Virus record (IMG/VR): IMGVR_UViG_3300028920_000029
Span: 96,001-160,000 of that record
Reading direction: 5' to 3' (one strand)
DNA: 64,000 bases
Origin: a virus
The first letter of the stretch is position 1, and the number at the start of each line of letters is the position of its first letter. Made by a program: the position numbers and the translations under genes. The notes under the pieces were generated by a model. It saw only the letters and a program-made list of their open reading frames with translations. It ran no database searches and had not been told where the DNA came from. Shown here piece after piece: positions 36,718-46,662 of the stretch.

Positions 36718-36746
36718 AGTATACTCATGGTTTCGGTAAATGTCAA
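36718..36746 (-). promoter_or_regulatory. promoter of the leader/tRNA operon
   Basis: TTGACA-17nt-TATACT. Confidence 0.85.
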
Positions 36747-36759
36747 GTAAATTTGTAAA

Positions 36760-37107
36760 CTAAGTAATAAAAAATGTACAGTATAAAACGCCCACAAGAA
36801 GTATAATTCCCATAGCAGTAACAAACAAAATTTCTGAAATAATACTGCGCTTCTTAAACCTGGTACACCTCCCATTCTTATTAAGCTGTGCTTGGCCTGC
36901 TATCCTAACTTTTTTACATTGTGTACCATATGTTGGATCCCACACATCTTGCGGGTCAAAACAATCGTCATGAGTACACACAATAGTATAGCCACTAATA
37001 ACTATGCTAGAATTGGGTTCATTGGGATCAATAAACCTCTCTTCTACACTGGTGTACCCATTATTTAGATATGTACAATCTTCACACTTTACCGTGCCTT
37101 TTTTCAT
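36760..37107 (-). CDS. Cys-rich protein with C-terminal TM anchor
   Basis: CEDC..C..C..C..C, hydrophobic tail. Confidence 0.6.
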   Translation of the reverse strand: MKKGTVKCEDCTYLNNGYTSVEERFIDPNEPNSSIVISGYTIVCTHDDCFDPQDVWDPTYGTQCKKVRIAGQAQLNKNGRCTRFKKRSIISEILFVTAMGIILLVGVLYCTFFIT

Positions 37108-37570
37108 CTTTCCACCTCCTTTGAAATAGTTTCTTAATTTTTCTTATTCCGTATTTGATACCCCACCTAATACGTCTCAATAGCCCTATAACGCTAATCA
37201 TTATATGACCATACCAAGGTACCAAACTTATAAAGTCGGCATCTGGTTGTCCAACAAGTACGTTTTTACGTTTAGGTTTATGAACTCTATACTTACTAAC
37301 AAGCTCTAATAAATCTTCTTCCTCGATAACGCCGCTATTGTCACCTATAATATATACAACGCTATGTGTACTCGATGATTTACCAACGCCAGAAAGTGAG
37401 GTTGACGTAACTCTAAAAAAGTTGTGTACATTCAAATACGTGCAACTTTTATACTGGCGGGAGCTGCGAACAAACCAACGCCTAAATAACCCAACCAAAG
37501 TTACGGTGCAGTAACCTTTAGAGGCTTTCCAATCTAATACTGGATCCCACGCCAGCTTCTCGCTACTCAT
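37082..37570 (-). CDS. divergent DLVKDW-family protein
   Basis: DPVLDWK..TVTLVGLFRRW..YRVHKP..PWY. Confidence 0.65.
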   Translation of the reverse strand: MSSEKLAWDPVLDWKASKGYCTVTLVGLFRRWFVRSSRQYKSCTYLNVHNFFRVTSTSLSGVGKSSSTHSVVYIIGDNSGVIEEEDLLELVSKYRVHKPKRKNVLVGQPDADFISLVPWYGHIMISVIGLLRRIRWGIKYGIRKIKKLFQRRWKDEKRHGKV

Positions 37571-37992
37571 TTAGTATCTCCTTTAGTAGGGTAAGTTCTT
37601 TTTTCGGTATCTGGTTCTACAGATATATCGCCAACTCCTATATAAGCTTCCAAGTTCCTCTTGGGTTTAACTTTTGAATTAATGGTATCTATGTACGCAT
37701 GCACTTTATCAGACATAGTTTTTGTAGTTATATCTTCTGGAAGCTCATCCTCAACAATCTTTTTGTCGTTTAGAATAACGGTGAATCCTCCAAGCATTCC
37801 AGGGGCCTTTGGGTTCGATGTAGGCATTACCGCAACAGGTTTATAAAACTTAAAATCCTTTTGTAACTGAATACCTAATGATCGAGCCAGTTCCATAGTA
37901 GTCGCTGCACGAGATAATACGTCCGATAAATCCTTCTTAGATAACTTCATGAACTCTTTCCACTGTCTTGGTTCTATTCTATTCATCTTCAT
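37567..37992 (-). CDS. hypothetical protein
   Basis: 141-aa ORF. Confidence 0.65.
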   Translation of the reverse strand: MKMNRIEPRQWKEFMKLSKKDLSDVLSRAATTMELARSLGIQLQKDFKFYKPVAVMPTSNPKAPGMLGGFTVILNDKKIVEDELPEDITTKTMSDKVHAYIDTINSKVKPKRNLEAYIGVGDISVEPDTEKRTYPTKGDTK

Positions 37993-38416
37993 AGCTATCC
38001 TCCATACTAAGTCTTTTAAGTGTTGAATATACGTGTCTGTTATCTAACTGATACTCGTGCGGGAAATAACACTCATATTTTTCGGCTATGAACCTTGCTA
38101 CCGCCGCAGACCTGCTAACTCCTCCTTCACAGTGTACCACTATATGCTCAATGTCCTTTGGAAGCATATCTATAAACTCTAGTATCTTACGTGCGTCATC
38201 CTCCGTAAAGTTTATATACTCATTCTCTTCTGCGCCGTCAAAGACCCAGGCACCTCTGACGCCATCCACGTCATGAAAAGCAAGCCTTAAAACATACTTC
38301 CATAACTTGTGTAGTGTTGGGGCGTCTCTTTTGGGGTCCCTAATGGAAATTAAAGCTACATGTTCATTAGGTACCACCTGTTCTATAACTGCCCTGGATA
38401 CGAAGTCGACTTTCAT
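37979..38416 (-). CDS. dual-specificity/tyrosine phosphatase family protein
   Basis: CX5R motif VHCEGGVSRSAA, FHD loop. Confidence 0.85.
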   Translation of the reverse strand: MKVDFVSRAVIEQVVPNEHVALISIRDPKRDAPTLHKLWKYVLRLAFHDVDGVRGAWVFDGAEENEYINFTEDDARKILEFIDMLPKDIEHIVVHCEGGVSRSAAVARFIAEKYECYFPHEYQLDNRHVYSTLKRLSMEDSYEDE

Positions 38417-38432
38417 GTTTCCTCCTAATTAT

Positions 38433-38924
38433 CTATCTTCTCTTACCTAATATTCTGTATTTCCAAGATTTTAAATTACTAGCATTCACAAACACTTTAA
38501 AATCTTCTTCAAAGATCCAACCACCTGTAGTGGTTTCCCATCTAAAATTTGTGACTTGATATGCTCTACATTCTTTATTATGTCCTACAATAAGAACTGA
38601 GTGAAATCCTGTTTTTGGGTGCCAAACACTTACTTCGCACGGAAGAAGTATTTTATACTTACACAGCATTTTACCATCTTTGTCCTGTGCATCAGGAAGA
38701 TAATCTCCTTCCCAAATTGACTCAATACCTAACCTCTTGTGAGCCTTCTTAATACTTATCGCCGCTCCATTCCTGGCACATACAAGATCTACCATTTTTT
38801 CATAGCGCTTAGATTCAAGAGGTATAACCTTTCCCGTCAAATAGTAATAAGCATTTACCGCGCTTATTAACTGACAGTCAGAGTAATTTTGTTTGTTATG
38901 ATACTTATACCAATCTCTAATCAC
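38433..38924 (-). CDS. papain-like (C39-type) cysteine peptidase
   Basis: Q..DCQLISAVNA and FHSVLIVG. Confidence 0.55.
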   Translation of the reverse strand: MIRDWYKYHNKQNYSDCQLISAVNAYYYLTGKVIPLESKRYEKMVDLVCARNGAAISIKKAHKRLGIESIWEGDYLPDAQDKDGKMLCKYKILLPCEVSVWHPKTGFHSVLIVGHNKECRAYQVTNFRWETTTGGWIFEEDFKVFVNASNLKSWKYRILGKRR

Positions 38925-39254
38925 ATGCCCTCCAGATATGCGCGTATATTAGCCAGCTTTTGTTGTTCGCTAACATCGCTGTTTAGTATGTTCTTTATTA
39001 CTTCCTTAAGCCTTTCCTTACCTTCCTCTACTCCATTATCAAAACCATTTTGGTACTCAAAACTACTATTCATATATTACCTCCTCTTTATAACCTTTAT
39101 TTCAAATTCCCCAGTAAAATCTTTACCGCAATTATTACACACCTCTTTAATTCTAAATTTATTTTTTGTTCTTTTAAAGTCGTCTAAGTACAAATACTGA
39201 TCTCTCTTACAAAATGGACATTTAACTAGAATTGTACTAGTCATATATTACCTC

Positions 39255-39743
39255 CTACTCTTTAAGTAGCTCATCCCCAGTCTTATTAAGACTTGGGTCA
39301 TCTATATTGTACCAAGTCTTACCTCCGTCCTTAGAGAAGAAACTTGGGTCTCTTTTGTTTTGCCACAGGGTTTTGGCGTTTTTACCACACATATCTGTGA
39401 TGTCCATCCACTCATCTGGATTAGAAGAAATAGGTGTTAAAGTTTTATACTTAAGCAGTTTGTTTAGTATATCTATGGTAAGACTTGCCGAGAAACCGCT
39501 ATGACCTTGCGTAGAAAAAACCTTAACCATGTCTAATATACTTTTACCAAGTGCTCCGTTATAATCTGAGCCTTTGTCAAACATGCCAGCTCTCCGAAGT
39601 TCTTTTTCCGCATGACTAACTAAGTTGCTTTTTCTAAACCGTTCCTTAAAGTTAAAAAAATTTACTATCCTTGTCCACCAAGATATATACCAAAACAGTT
39701 TAGGTGTTGCTACGGGCTCAAGATCTTTCTCATCACTCGACAT
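39255..39743 (-). CDS. conserved phage protein
   Basis: HAEKEL..GHSGFSA..DEW..QNKR motifs recalled from phage proteins. Confidence 0.7.
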   Translation of the reverse strand: MSSDEKDLEPVATPKLFWYISWWTRIVNFFNFKERFRKSNLVSHAEKELRRAGMFDKGSDYNGALGKSILDMVKVFSTQGHSGFSASLTIDILNKLLKYKTLTPISSNPDEWMDITDMCGKNAKTLWQNKRDPSFFSKDGGKTWYNIDDPSLNKTGDELLKE

Positions 39744-40476
39744 TTTGTCTTCCTTTCCCTAACGGATATGGACTCTTGTACATCTCCTGCCGTTTACGAG
39801 CCTGATCCTTCTTTTTTTCTTCTCTGTGTTTTGGGCACAGCGCCTTTCTGTATCCTGCATCCACCCCACAAACATAACATTTACCCATTAGTATCTCCTT
39901 TCTACTACATTTCTCTATAAAACAATATAATGAGTTTTATGTTTTTGTTTGGGAACACCTTTTTATACTCGGCAATAATAGCGTCCGATACCTTTATTAA
40001 CTTATCGTACGAGTCTAGTTTGTCCTCCGAATCAAAAACGCTGTTCCCAAACATTTGTCCTTTTCCTTCAACATCATAAGCGTAACTTACAAAATACTTA
40101 GTAGGTTCCATGGTTACCACCTACTTACCCTTTTCTTCTTCACACAGAAGTAGCTGTAACTGAGCTTCAAGCTTGGCTATCTTTTCTCTGTCAATGTTTC
40201 TCTGGTGAATAAGGTAGTTTATGTTTTTAGTATTCTTATCTATTACCGTAAGCAACTCAAGATACTTTGTGGTTAACACTTCTCCCATTTCAACAACAGA
40301 TTCTTTGGATGACATAAATATTTCGCCAACTTCATCCAACGACTCTATAATGGTTCCTTTGTCTCTTGCGTAAGATATACCACATAACACCGCTGTACTA
40401 AAACATACAATTATCGCTATTAGCAACAGTGCCTGTGCTAAATCTAGTGAGTCCTTAACTGAAAGTTTACTCATAG

Positions 40477-41019
40477 TTATACCTCCTTTCCGTCAATAGT
40501 ATTATCGGTACTCAAAACTCCAATAGGCTCAGATGCGGAAGTAGTCAGAGTACATGTATCATCGGTGTACACCATATTGTACGAGTCGTCTTTGCTAGGA
40601 AAGTAGTGTGTAAACTCAAAAGATATTGTGCTAATGGTTGGATCTAGCAGCGCCGTCTCTAGCGACTTACTTAACTGATCCTTCAGCGGAACGTTAGAAT
40701 GATCTCCGCGTTGAATCGTGATAGATGTTTCCCCTATCAGTATTATTGATCTAAAAGTATTTATATCTATGGAGTTAAACATCCCTAAAACTTTTTTACA
40801 CATTTCTAGCTTTGTTGTTGTACAAAAATCTTTTACTAGGAAAAAAGACATCCTAACATTAATACTGTGTTTTTCTGAAATTACTGCTAAACTAGGTACT
40901 GCCCCGTTAGATCCACTTTGTACAAATATGTCCTTAAATTGGTTACATAGTTGCCTTTCTAGCCGTTCCGCGTCAGAACTTTTGTAACTTATTCCGTATA
41001 CCTCAGTCATAGTTGCCAT
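40477..41019 (-). CDS. hypothetical protein
   Basis: 180-aa ORF, GGAGGTG RBS. Confidence 0.65.
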   Translation of the reverse strand: MATMTEVYGISYKSSDAERLERQLCNQFKDIFVQSGSNGAVPSLAVISEKHSINVRMSFFLVKDFCTTTKLEMCKKVLGMFNSIDINTFRSIILIGETSITIQRGDHSNVPLKDQLSKSLETALLDPTISTISFEFTHYFPSKDDSYNMVYTDDTCTLTTSASEPIGVLSTDNTIDGKEV

Positions 41020-41021
41020 AT

Positions 41022-41669
41022 CTACACCTCCAAAGATGTTAGTTGTTTAATGGTTTTGTATAGCTCCATCGCGTCTGATTCCTGGTACAAGTATAAATCC
41101 CCTACCTTTTTATTGTCCTCAAACTTCAGTGGAAATTCTATACTTGTAATATCTAAGGCTTCGTGCCTATTCTTTTTCTTTTCTCTACCGATCTTCGCCC
41201 TAGAAGTATCCGTGTATAAGTTTACGGCAAAATCCTTTGTCTTGTATGTTACTACCAAATCTATACCCTGTTGACTGTCTATTAAAGGATTGTGCCATAC
41301 TGAATCAAATACGTGAGTTTCCTGCAAAAGCTTGCCAAAATGAAAATCTCTTACTAAAGATGGGTACGCCCTAAACGCTCTAGCCTTTATTCCCTCTAAC
41401 TGTTCTTCCGACAGAGCGGACTTATCAAACCACTCAGAGTTATGAAGTAAGTATCCCCTATAAAATTCTTCTTGTGTAGGAACTACCTGGCTTGATATTA
41501 ATATAGAATAAAAAGAATCTATGAACGACGGTAGTCTCATTTCCCACTCTACGTCATTACGTCTTATAGGAGAAAACGTAAGCGCCATAGATTTAAGCCT
41601 GTCTTCTACAGCTTTAGATGACAACGCTACCGAAGTTAACGTATTTGGATACTCCTCGAACCTAGTCAT
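41022..41669 (-). CDS. putative PD-(D/E)xK endonuclease, TaqI-like
   Basis: GIKARAFRAYPSLVRDFHF...D..GIDL. Confidence 0.45.
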   Translation of the reverse strand: MTRFEEYPNTLTSVALSSKAVEDRLKSMALTFSPIRRNDVEWEMRLPSFIDSFYSILISSQVVPTQEEFYRGYLLHNSEWFDKSALSEEQLEGIKARAFRAYPSLVRDFHFGKLLQETHVFDSVWHNPLIDSQQGIDLVVTYKTKDFAVNLYTDTSRAKIGREKKKNRHEALDITSIEFPLKFEDNKKVGDLYLYQESDAMELYKTIKQLTSLEV

Positions 41670-41922
41670 AACTCTCCTAACTATACCTTTTTAGGGTATA
41701 TCTTTTCTCTAGTTCGGCTTAGTTTTCTTAGTAGTTGGATATTGTAGTCGTATAGTAATTCCCAACACTCCTCATCTGTGTGGTCCTTTCTTAGCTCTCT
41801 AATAAACGTACGTATACCCTTAACGCGTTGTAGGTCTTCTTTAGGTATTTTTTTAAGCAGCAATTGCATCAGTCGTTGCTCAGTTATTTTCTTTCTTCCC
41901 ATGGTTTCTCCTTTCTATACTA

Positions 41923-41950
41923 AGTATACTGATAAATTGCTATTTGTCAA
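41923..41950 (-). promoter_or_regulatory. sigma70/sigmaA-type promoter
   Basis: TTGACA-16nt-TATACT. Confidence 0.75.
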
Positions 41951-42788
41951 GGTCTTTTCTAAGTTTTTTTCTAATAGGTATTTCGCTTTCTAGGCACCCA
42001 ACACTTCCAGATCCCATACCATTTTGTAAGGTTTCTACATACTTACCTATTTTTAAACATCCTGGGGGCTCTATAGAGGACGCCTGGTCTGTGCCGTACA
42101 TCGATCTATCAAGTGTTATATGATACTCTAACATTTCCGCCCCCAATAAGTACGCCGCCACAATAAAGATTATTCCTGCATAATGATTTGAGTAGCCTAT
42201 TTTATACTTATCTCCATACATATCCTTAAGTGTTGATAAACGTTTTAGATTTACATCTTTCACTGGGGTGGGGTAGCTTGAAGTACACGACAGTATATAC
42301 TCAACAGTATCTCCAAAGATTTCTAAAGCTGCGTTTAGTTCATCAATACTACTCATACCAGTGGATAGTATAACCTTTTTACCCGTACCCTTTATTTTCT
42401 TAAGTAGAACTTTGTCCGTCAACGACGCCGACGCAACCTTTATATATGGTATATCAAATTGGGATAAAAATTCTACTGAGTTAACATCCCAAGGTGTGGC
42501 AAACCAAGCGATACCCTTATACTTACAATACTTATCTATTTCTTTATATTCTCGTAATCCGAATTCTCGAGCCCTTTTGTAATCCCCTACCGTAGCACCC
42601 CATGGAGACTCCAGATACTTATCAAGCTCCTCTTGTGTATATAAAAAATCTATATCTCTTTTCTGAAACTTAACTCCGTAACAACCACTAATAGCGGCGA
42701 TATCTATAAGTTCTTTAGCCATATCCACGTCGCCATTAGCGTTTATACCTATTTCAGCTATAAGTTTTGTATTAGACACCGTGCTCAC
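41940..42788 (-). CDS. neuB: N-acetylneuraminate (nonulosonic acid) synthase family
   Basis: IAEIGIN, VKFQKR, KVAS, LSTGMS, CTSSYP, GYSNH, EYHITLDR. Confidence 0.9.
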   Translation of the reverse strand: MSTVSNTKLIAEIGINANGDVDMAKELIDIAAISGCYGVKFQKRDIDFLYTQEELDKYLESPWGATVGDYKRAREFGLREYKEIDKYCKYKGIAWFATPWDVNSVEFLSQFDIPYIKVASASLTDKVLLKKIKGTGKKVILSTGMSSIDELNAALEIFGDTVEYILSCTSSYPTPVKDVNLKRLSTLKDMYGDKYKIGYSNHYAGIIFIVAAYLLGAEMLEYHITLDRSMYGTDQASSIEPPGCLKIGKYVETLQNGMGSGSVGCLESEIPIRKKLRKDLDK

Positions 42789-43464
42789 CCCAATACTGTT
42801 TTAAATTTTCTTCACAGATAATCAAATCTGTAACGTCGTCTATCTCTTGAAGTTGCGGTTTATCCATCAGATATACGGAAATCTTTCCTCCCAGCCTGTT
42901 ACGGTGCTTTTTTATAAAGTCTGGAGTGAATATGTATATGGACCCGTTTTCTACTATCAAAGTTTTTCTATTGTCGTCTTGGCGCATACCCCTATTCTTG
43001 TAATCATACGTTACGCTATTTGGTGTATCGTCCCAAACACACGCAGAGGTTAGCGGTACACCAGAAAATAGCGTATCTGCCTCCTCCAATACATACTGAT
43101 CTAAAGCCTTATCGATATCGCCGACATATCGTAAAGGTGACGTAGCCTGAAGAAATACTACCAAGTCAATATCTTTTATACCTGAGTAATCCAATACGTG
43201 AATAATTGCGTCTTCCGATGGAGACGTATCTGTGGCCATACTTTCTGGTCTATCTACTACGCAAACCTCGGGATATCTTTCTTGTACAAACTCCATTATA
43301 TCTTTGCTATCGGTAGTAACAAATACTTTACTAACTTTAGTACTATCTAACGCGGATTCTATTGTCCAAGATACCAGCGGCTTTCCATTTATTGGTATTA
43401 AGTTTTTTCCTATAATACCCTTAGATCCACCACGAACAGGTATTATTGCAACTACGTTATTCAT
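42772..43464 (-). CDS. neuA: acylneuraminate cytidylyltransferase
   Basis: IPVRGGSKGIIGKN, LQATSPLR, ENGSIY, EIDD. Confidence 0.9.
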   Translation of the reverse strand: MNNVVAIIPVRGGSKGIIGKNLIPINGKPLVSWTIESALDSTKVSKVFVTTDSKDIMEFVQERYPEVCVVDRPESMATDTSPSEDAIIHVLDYSGIKDIDLVVFLQATSPLRYVGDIDKALDQYVLEEADTLFSGVPLTSACVWDDTPNSVTYDYKNRGMRQDDNRKTLIVENGSIYIFTPDFIKKHRNRLGGKISVYLMDKPQLQEIDDVTDLIICEENLKQYWGEHGV

Positions 43465-43583
43465 ACTTTTCTAAACCCCCTAAAAGACGCATCCTTATTT
43501 TTGTATAGTCTGTCTATAGAAGCCAAAGTTGACGCGCAGTTTTTTGTGTAGTAATCCATTATCATATACTATTACTAGTGTTC

Positions 43584-44534
43584 TCATTGTATGCTCGCTT
43601 TAAAATATTCTATGGTTCTTTTTAGTCCTTCATCTATTGAAGTTTTAGCTTCGAACCCCAACAACTCCCTAGCCAATCTCGTATCGCTTTGTCTAGTTCT
43701 ATACCCTACCCGTTCAATACTTTTATCAAATACAACATTAGCGTTACTTCCACTAATGTATACTATTTTTTCTACTAAATCTTTTATAGTTATTTGGTCA
43801 TCACATGCTAAATTTATTGGAGTAGCATCCTTAGACTTTTCTGACGCCAAAAGTATTCCTTGTACTATATCCTTTACATATATAAACGATCTTGTTTGTA
43901 AACCATTACCCCACACCACTATTTCGTCTTTAGTTACGGCCTTGTTAACTAACGCAGCCACTACGTGCGCCACCTTAGGGTCAAACTTATCTTTAGGGCC
44001 GTATGCGTTGGACGGCCTAACTATAGTAACTGGTTTTCCAGAATATTTATACATAGTTTGCCCAAGCTGTTCCATAGTTCTCTTAGCTAATCCGTAGCCT
44101 AAATTTGTTTCTTCTGGAAGGTCTAAAAACCCTGCGGATTCTGGAGTGGGTACCTCAGCGTCTCTAGCGTATACGCAGGCCGAACTCACTAACGTAACTG
44201 CTTGGATATTATTGTCCTGTATGGCTTGAAGTACATTACTTGACATAATAACATTATTATTAAATATGCTAAAGTTACTATTCATATTGTACTCTATACC
44301 TCCAACATCTGCTGCCAAATGCATTACATGATCGAAGTCTTTGATAGCTTCAACACACTGTGGTAGATTTTTAAGATTTGCAGTTACGACTTTACATCCC
44401 ATAAACATATCTTGAGGAATTCTAGATAGTATACTAACATCAGCCATCTCTGATTTTAACGCCTCACATAGATGTGAACCTATGAACCCAGAGCCTCCAG
44501 TAACTAAGACTTTTTTGTTTTTCCAAAAACTCAC
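43584..44534 (-). CDS. NAD(P)-dependent GDP-sugar epimerase/reductase (Fcl/ColC/GME-like)
   Basis: TGGSGFIG, LAADVGGI, SSACVY, YGLAK, VWGNG..RSFIYV. Confidence 0.85.
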   Translation of the reverse strand: MSFWKNKKVLVTGGSGFIGSHLCEALKSEMADVSILSRIPQDMFMGCKVVTANLKNLPQCVEAIKDFDHVMHLAADVGGIEYNMNSNFSIFNNNVIMSSNVLQAIQDNNIQAVTLVSSACVYARDAEVPTPESAGFLDLPEETNLGYGLAKRTMEQLGQTMYKYSGKPVTIVRPSNAYGPKDKFDPKVAHVVAALVNKAVTKDEIVVWGNGLQTRSFIYVKDIVQGILLASEKSKDATPINLACDDQITIKDLVEKIVYISGSNANVVFDKSIERVGYRTRQSDTRLARELLGFEAKTSIDEGLKRTIEYFKASIQ

Positions 44535-45694
44535 TTTAGTATCTCCTCAAATGTTTTTCCTATGTAGTCTATATCGCTATCCGTTATATACTGATGACAT
44601 CCAATGTAAAATGCTTGTGACCCTAGAAATTCCGCATTCTTTAATTTACCCTTATACTCAAATTTAAAGTTTGAATATGCTGGCTGTTGTGTAGGTATAC
44701 ACCCAAACAGCGGCCTCGACTCAATTCCTTTAGCTGTTAGTTTACTCATAAGCTCTTCTCTATTTAGGTTGGTAATTATTGGATATGCTAAATAGCTTAC
44801 GTTCTCGTCATACTTAGGGAGTATCAAAGCGTTCGAAATTCCTTTTAGCCTATTGTTTAGTTTCTTAACATTTTCTGATCTTACTTTAACTATTTCATCC
44901 ATTTTAGCTATCTGCCCTATCCCTAACGCTGCTTGAAATTCCATAGTCTTAAAATTATATCCTACATGGGTATGCGTAAACCTTGGGTTGTTTCCTTCTT
45001 TTGGACACGTACCTTGAGCCTTCGTGCACACCAAACAATCACATGCCCTACCATTAGCTTTTAATCTCCTTATTAACTTCGCGACTTCTGCATCATCGGT
45101 AACTATAGCTCCCATCTCGCCAACCTGAATGTTGTGCGCTATATAAAAGGAATAGTCCGCAAGTAACGACATAGTGCCCACATTCTTTCCGTTTATCTTG
45201 GTTCCGTGAGCTTGTGCAGCGTCCTCAAATACAGTTAGGTTATACTTTTTGGCTAGATAGTTTATTGCGTCCATGTCGCATGGATAACCCATTAAATGTA
45301 CTGGGAGTATCGCGGCGTATCCTTTCGGGTCAACCTGTAGTAACGACTCCACCTCAACAATAGACATATCAAACGTTATGGGGTTCACGTCAACATATAC
45401 TGGTTTAAGTCCTGCAAGTATTAAGGCGTTTGATGTTGCTACATAAGTCAGCGGAGTAGTAATAACTTTGCTGCCTTTAGGAACCTTATTAAGGTACTTA
45501 AGCGCTAGCAAGCCTACAAGCAGTGCAGACGTACCAGAGTTAACCGTTACACAGTATTTTGTACCTATCTTCTTGGCAAACTCTTTTTCAAACTCCTTAA
45601 CATACTTGCCTTCGGATATCTGCCCAGAGTCTAATACGGCGTTAATGGCGTCTCTTTCTTCCTTACCTATTCTAAAATCTCCTACCCTAATCAT
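44531..45694 (-). CDS. DegT/DnrJ-fold PLP enzyme, probable 3-dehydratase (ColD/RfbH-like)
   Basis: VNSGTSA, EDAAQAHG, SFYIAHN with His at the catalytic Lys position, Cys cluster CDCLVC..C. Confidence 0.8.
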   Translation of the reverse strand: MIRVGDFRIGKEERDAINAVLDSGQISEGKYVKEFEKEFAKKIGTKYCVTVNSGTSALLVGLLALKYLNKVPKGSKVITTPLTYVATSNALILAGLKPVYVDVNPITFDMSIVEVESLLQVDPKGYAAILPVHLMGYPCDMDAINYLAKKYNLTVFEDAAQAHGTKINGKNVGTMSLLADYSFYIAHNIQVGEMGAIVTDDAEVAKLIRRLKANGRACDCLVCTKAQGTCPKEGNNPRFTHTHVGYNFKTMEFQAALGIGQIAKMDEIVKVRSENVKKLNNRLKGISNALILPKYDENVSYLAYPIITNLNREELMSKLTAKGIESRPLFGCIPTQQPAYSNFKFEYKGKLKNAEFLGSQAFYIGCHQYITDSDIDYIGKTFEEILK

Positions 45695-45695
45695 A

Positions 45696-46661
45696 CTAGC
45701 CCTCCTTTAGCAACTTTATATCTTCGTGGACCATCATGTCTATTAATTCTTCAAAACTAACCTTAGGCTTCCACCCAAGTTCTGCCTCAATTTTTGTAGC
45801 GTTACCTACCAAAAGATCAACCTCGGCTGGCCTATACAATTCCTTATCAATCTTTACATAGTTTTCGTAGTTTAGCCCTACTCCGCCGAACGCCACCTCT
45901 AACAACTTTTTAACAGTATGTGTCTTTCCAGTTGCAATCACATAATCTTTCGGCTCGTTGTTTTGTAGCATCAAATACATAGCCTCAACATAGTCACCAG
46001 CAAATCCCCAATCTCTTTTGGAATCTAAATTACCCATACTTAAACTTTTTGACAGTCCCAACTTTATCTTTGCAACTTCATGAGTTACCTTTCTAGTAAC
46101 AAACTCCATTCCCCTACGCGGGCTTTCGTGATTGAAGCACATTCCAGAACACGCAAAAAGATCATAACTTTCTCTATAATTTACAGTAGCCCAATGACCG
46201 AAAACTTTCGATACTCCATAAGGACTTCTAGGATAGAAAGGTGTTGTTTCAGTTTGTGGAGTTTCAACTACCTTACCGAACATCTCACTACTAGATGCTT
46301 GATAAAATTTCGTTTTAGGACTAATCAATCTTATAGCCTCAAGCACATTTACAACGCCAACACCCGTAACGCTAGTCGTTGTAAGCGGTGCTTTCCACGA
46401 ATGAGGCACAAATGACTGCGCACCAAGATTGTACACTTCATCTGGCTTAACATCTCTCAGTATTGAAATTAAAGAAGACAGATCTGTTAAATCTCCAGAT
46501 ACAAATGTGATACTATCGAGCAGGTGGTCGATTCGATGTGTAGTTGTGGTACTTGAGCGTCGCTTCAACCCAAAAACATTGTATCCTTTATCTAGCAACA
46601 ACTCTGCCATGTAAGATCCATCTTGCCCAGTAATACCTGTAATAAGTGCCGTTTTACGCAT
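45696..46661 (-). CDS. gmd: GDP-mannose 4,6-dehydratase (start revised to MRKTAL)
   Basis: [42 protein letters not shown]. Confidence 0.95.
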   Translation of the reverse strand: MRKTALITGITGQDGSYMAELLLDKGYNVFGLKRRSSTTTTHRIDHLLDSITFVSGDLTDLSSLISILRDVKPDEVYNLGAQSFVPHSWKAPLTTTSVTGVGVVNVLEAIRLISPKTKFYQASSSEMFGKVVETPQTETTPFYPRSPYGVSKVFGHWATVNYRESYDLFACSGMCFNHESPRRGMEFVTRKVTHEVAKIKLGLSKSLSMGNLDSKRDWGFAGDYVEAMYLMLQNNEPKDYVIATGKTHTVKKLLEVAFGGVGLNYENYVKIDKELYRPAEVDLLVGNATKIEAELGWKPKVSFEELIDMMVHEDIKLLKEG

Positions 46662-46662
46662 G

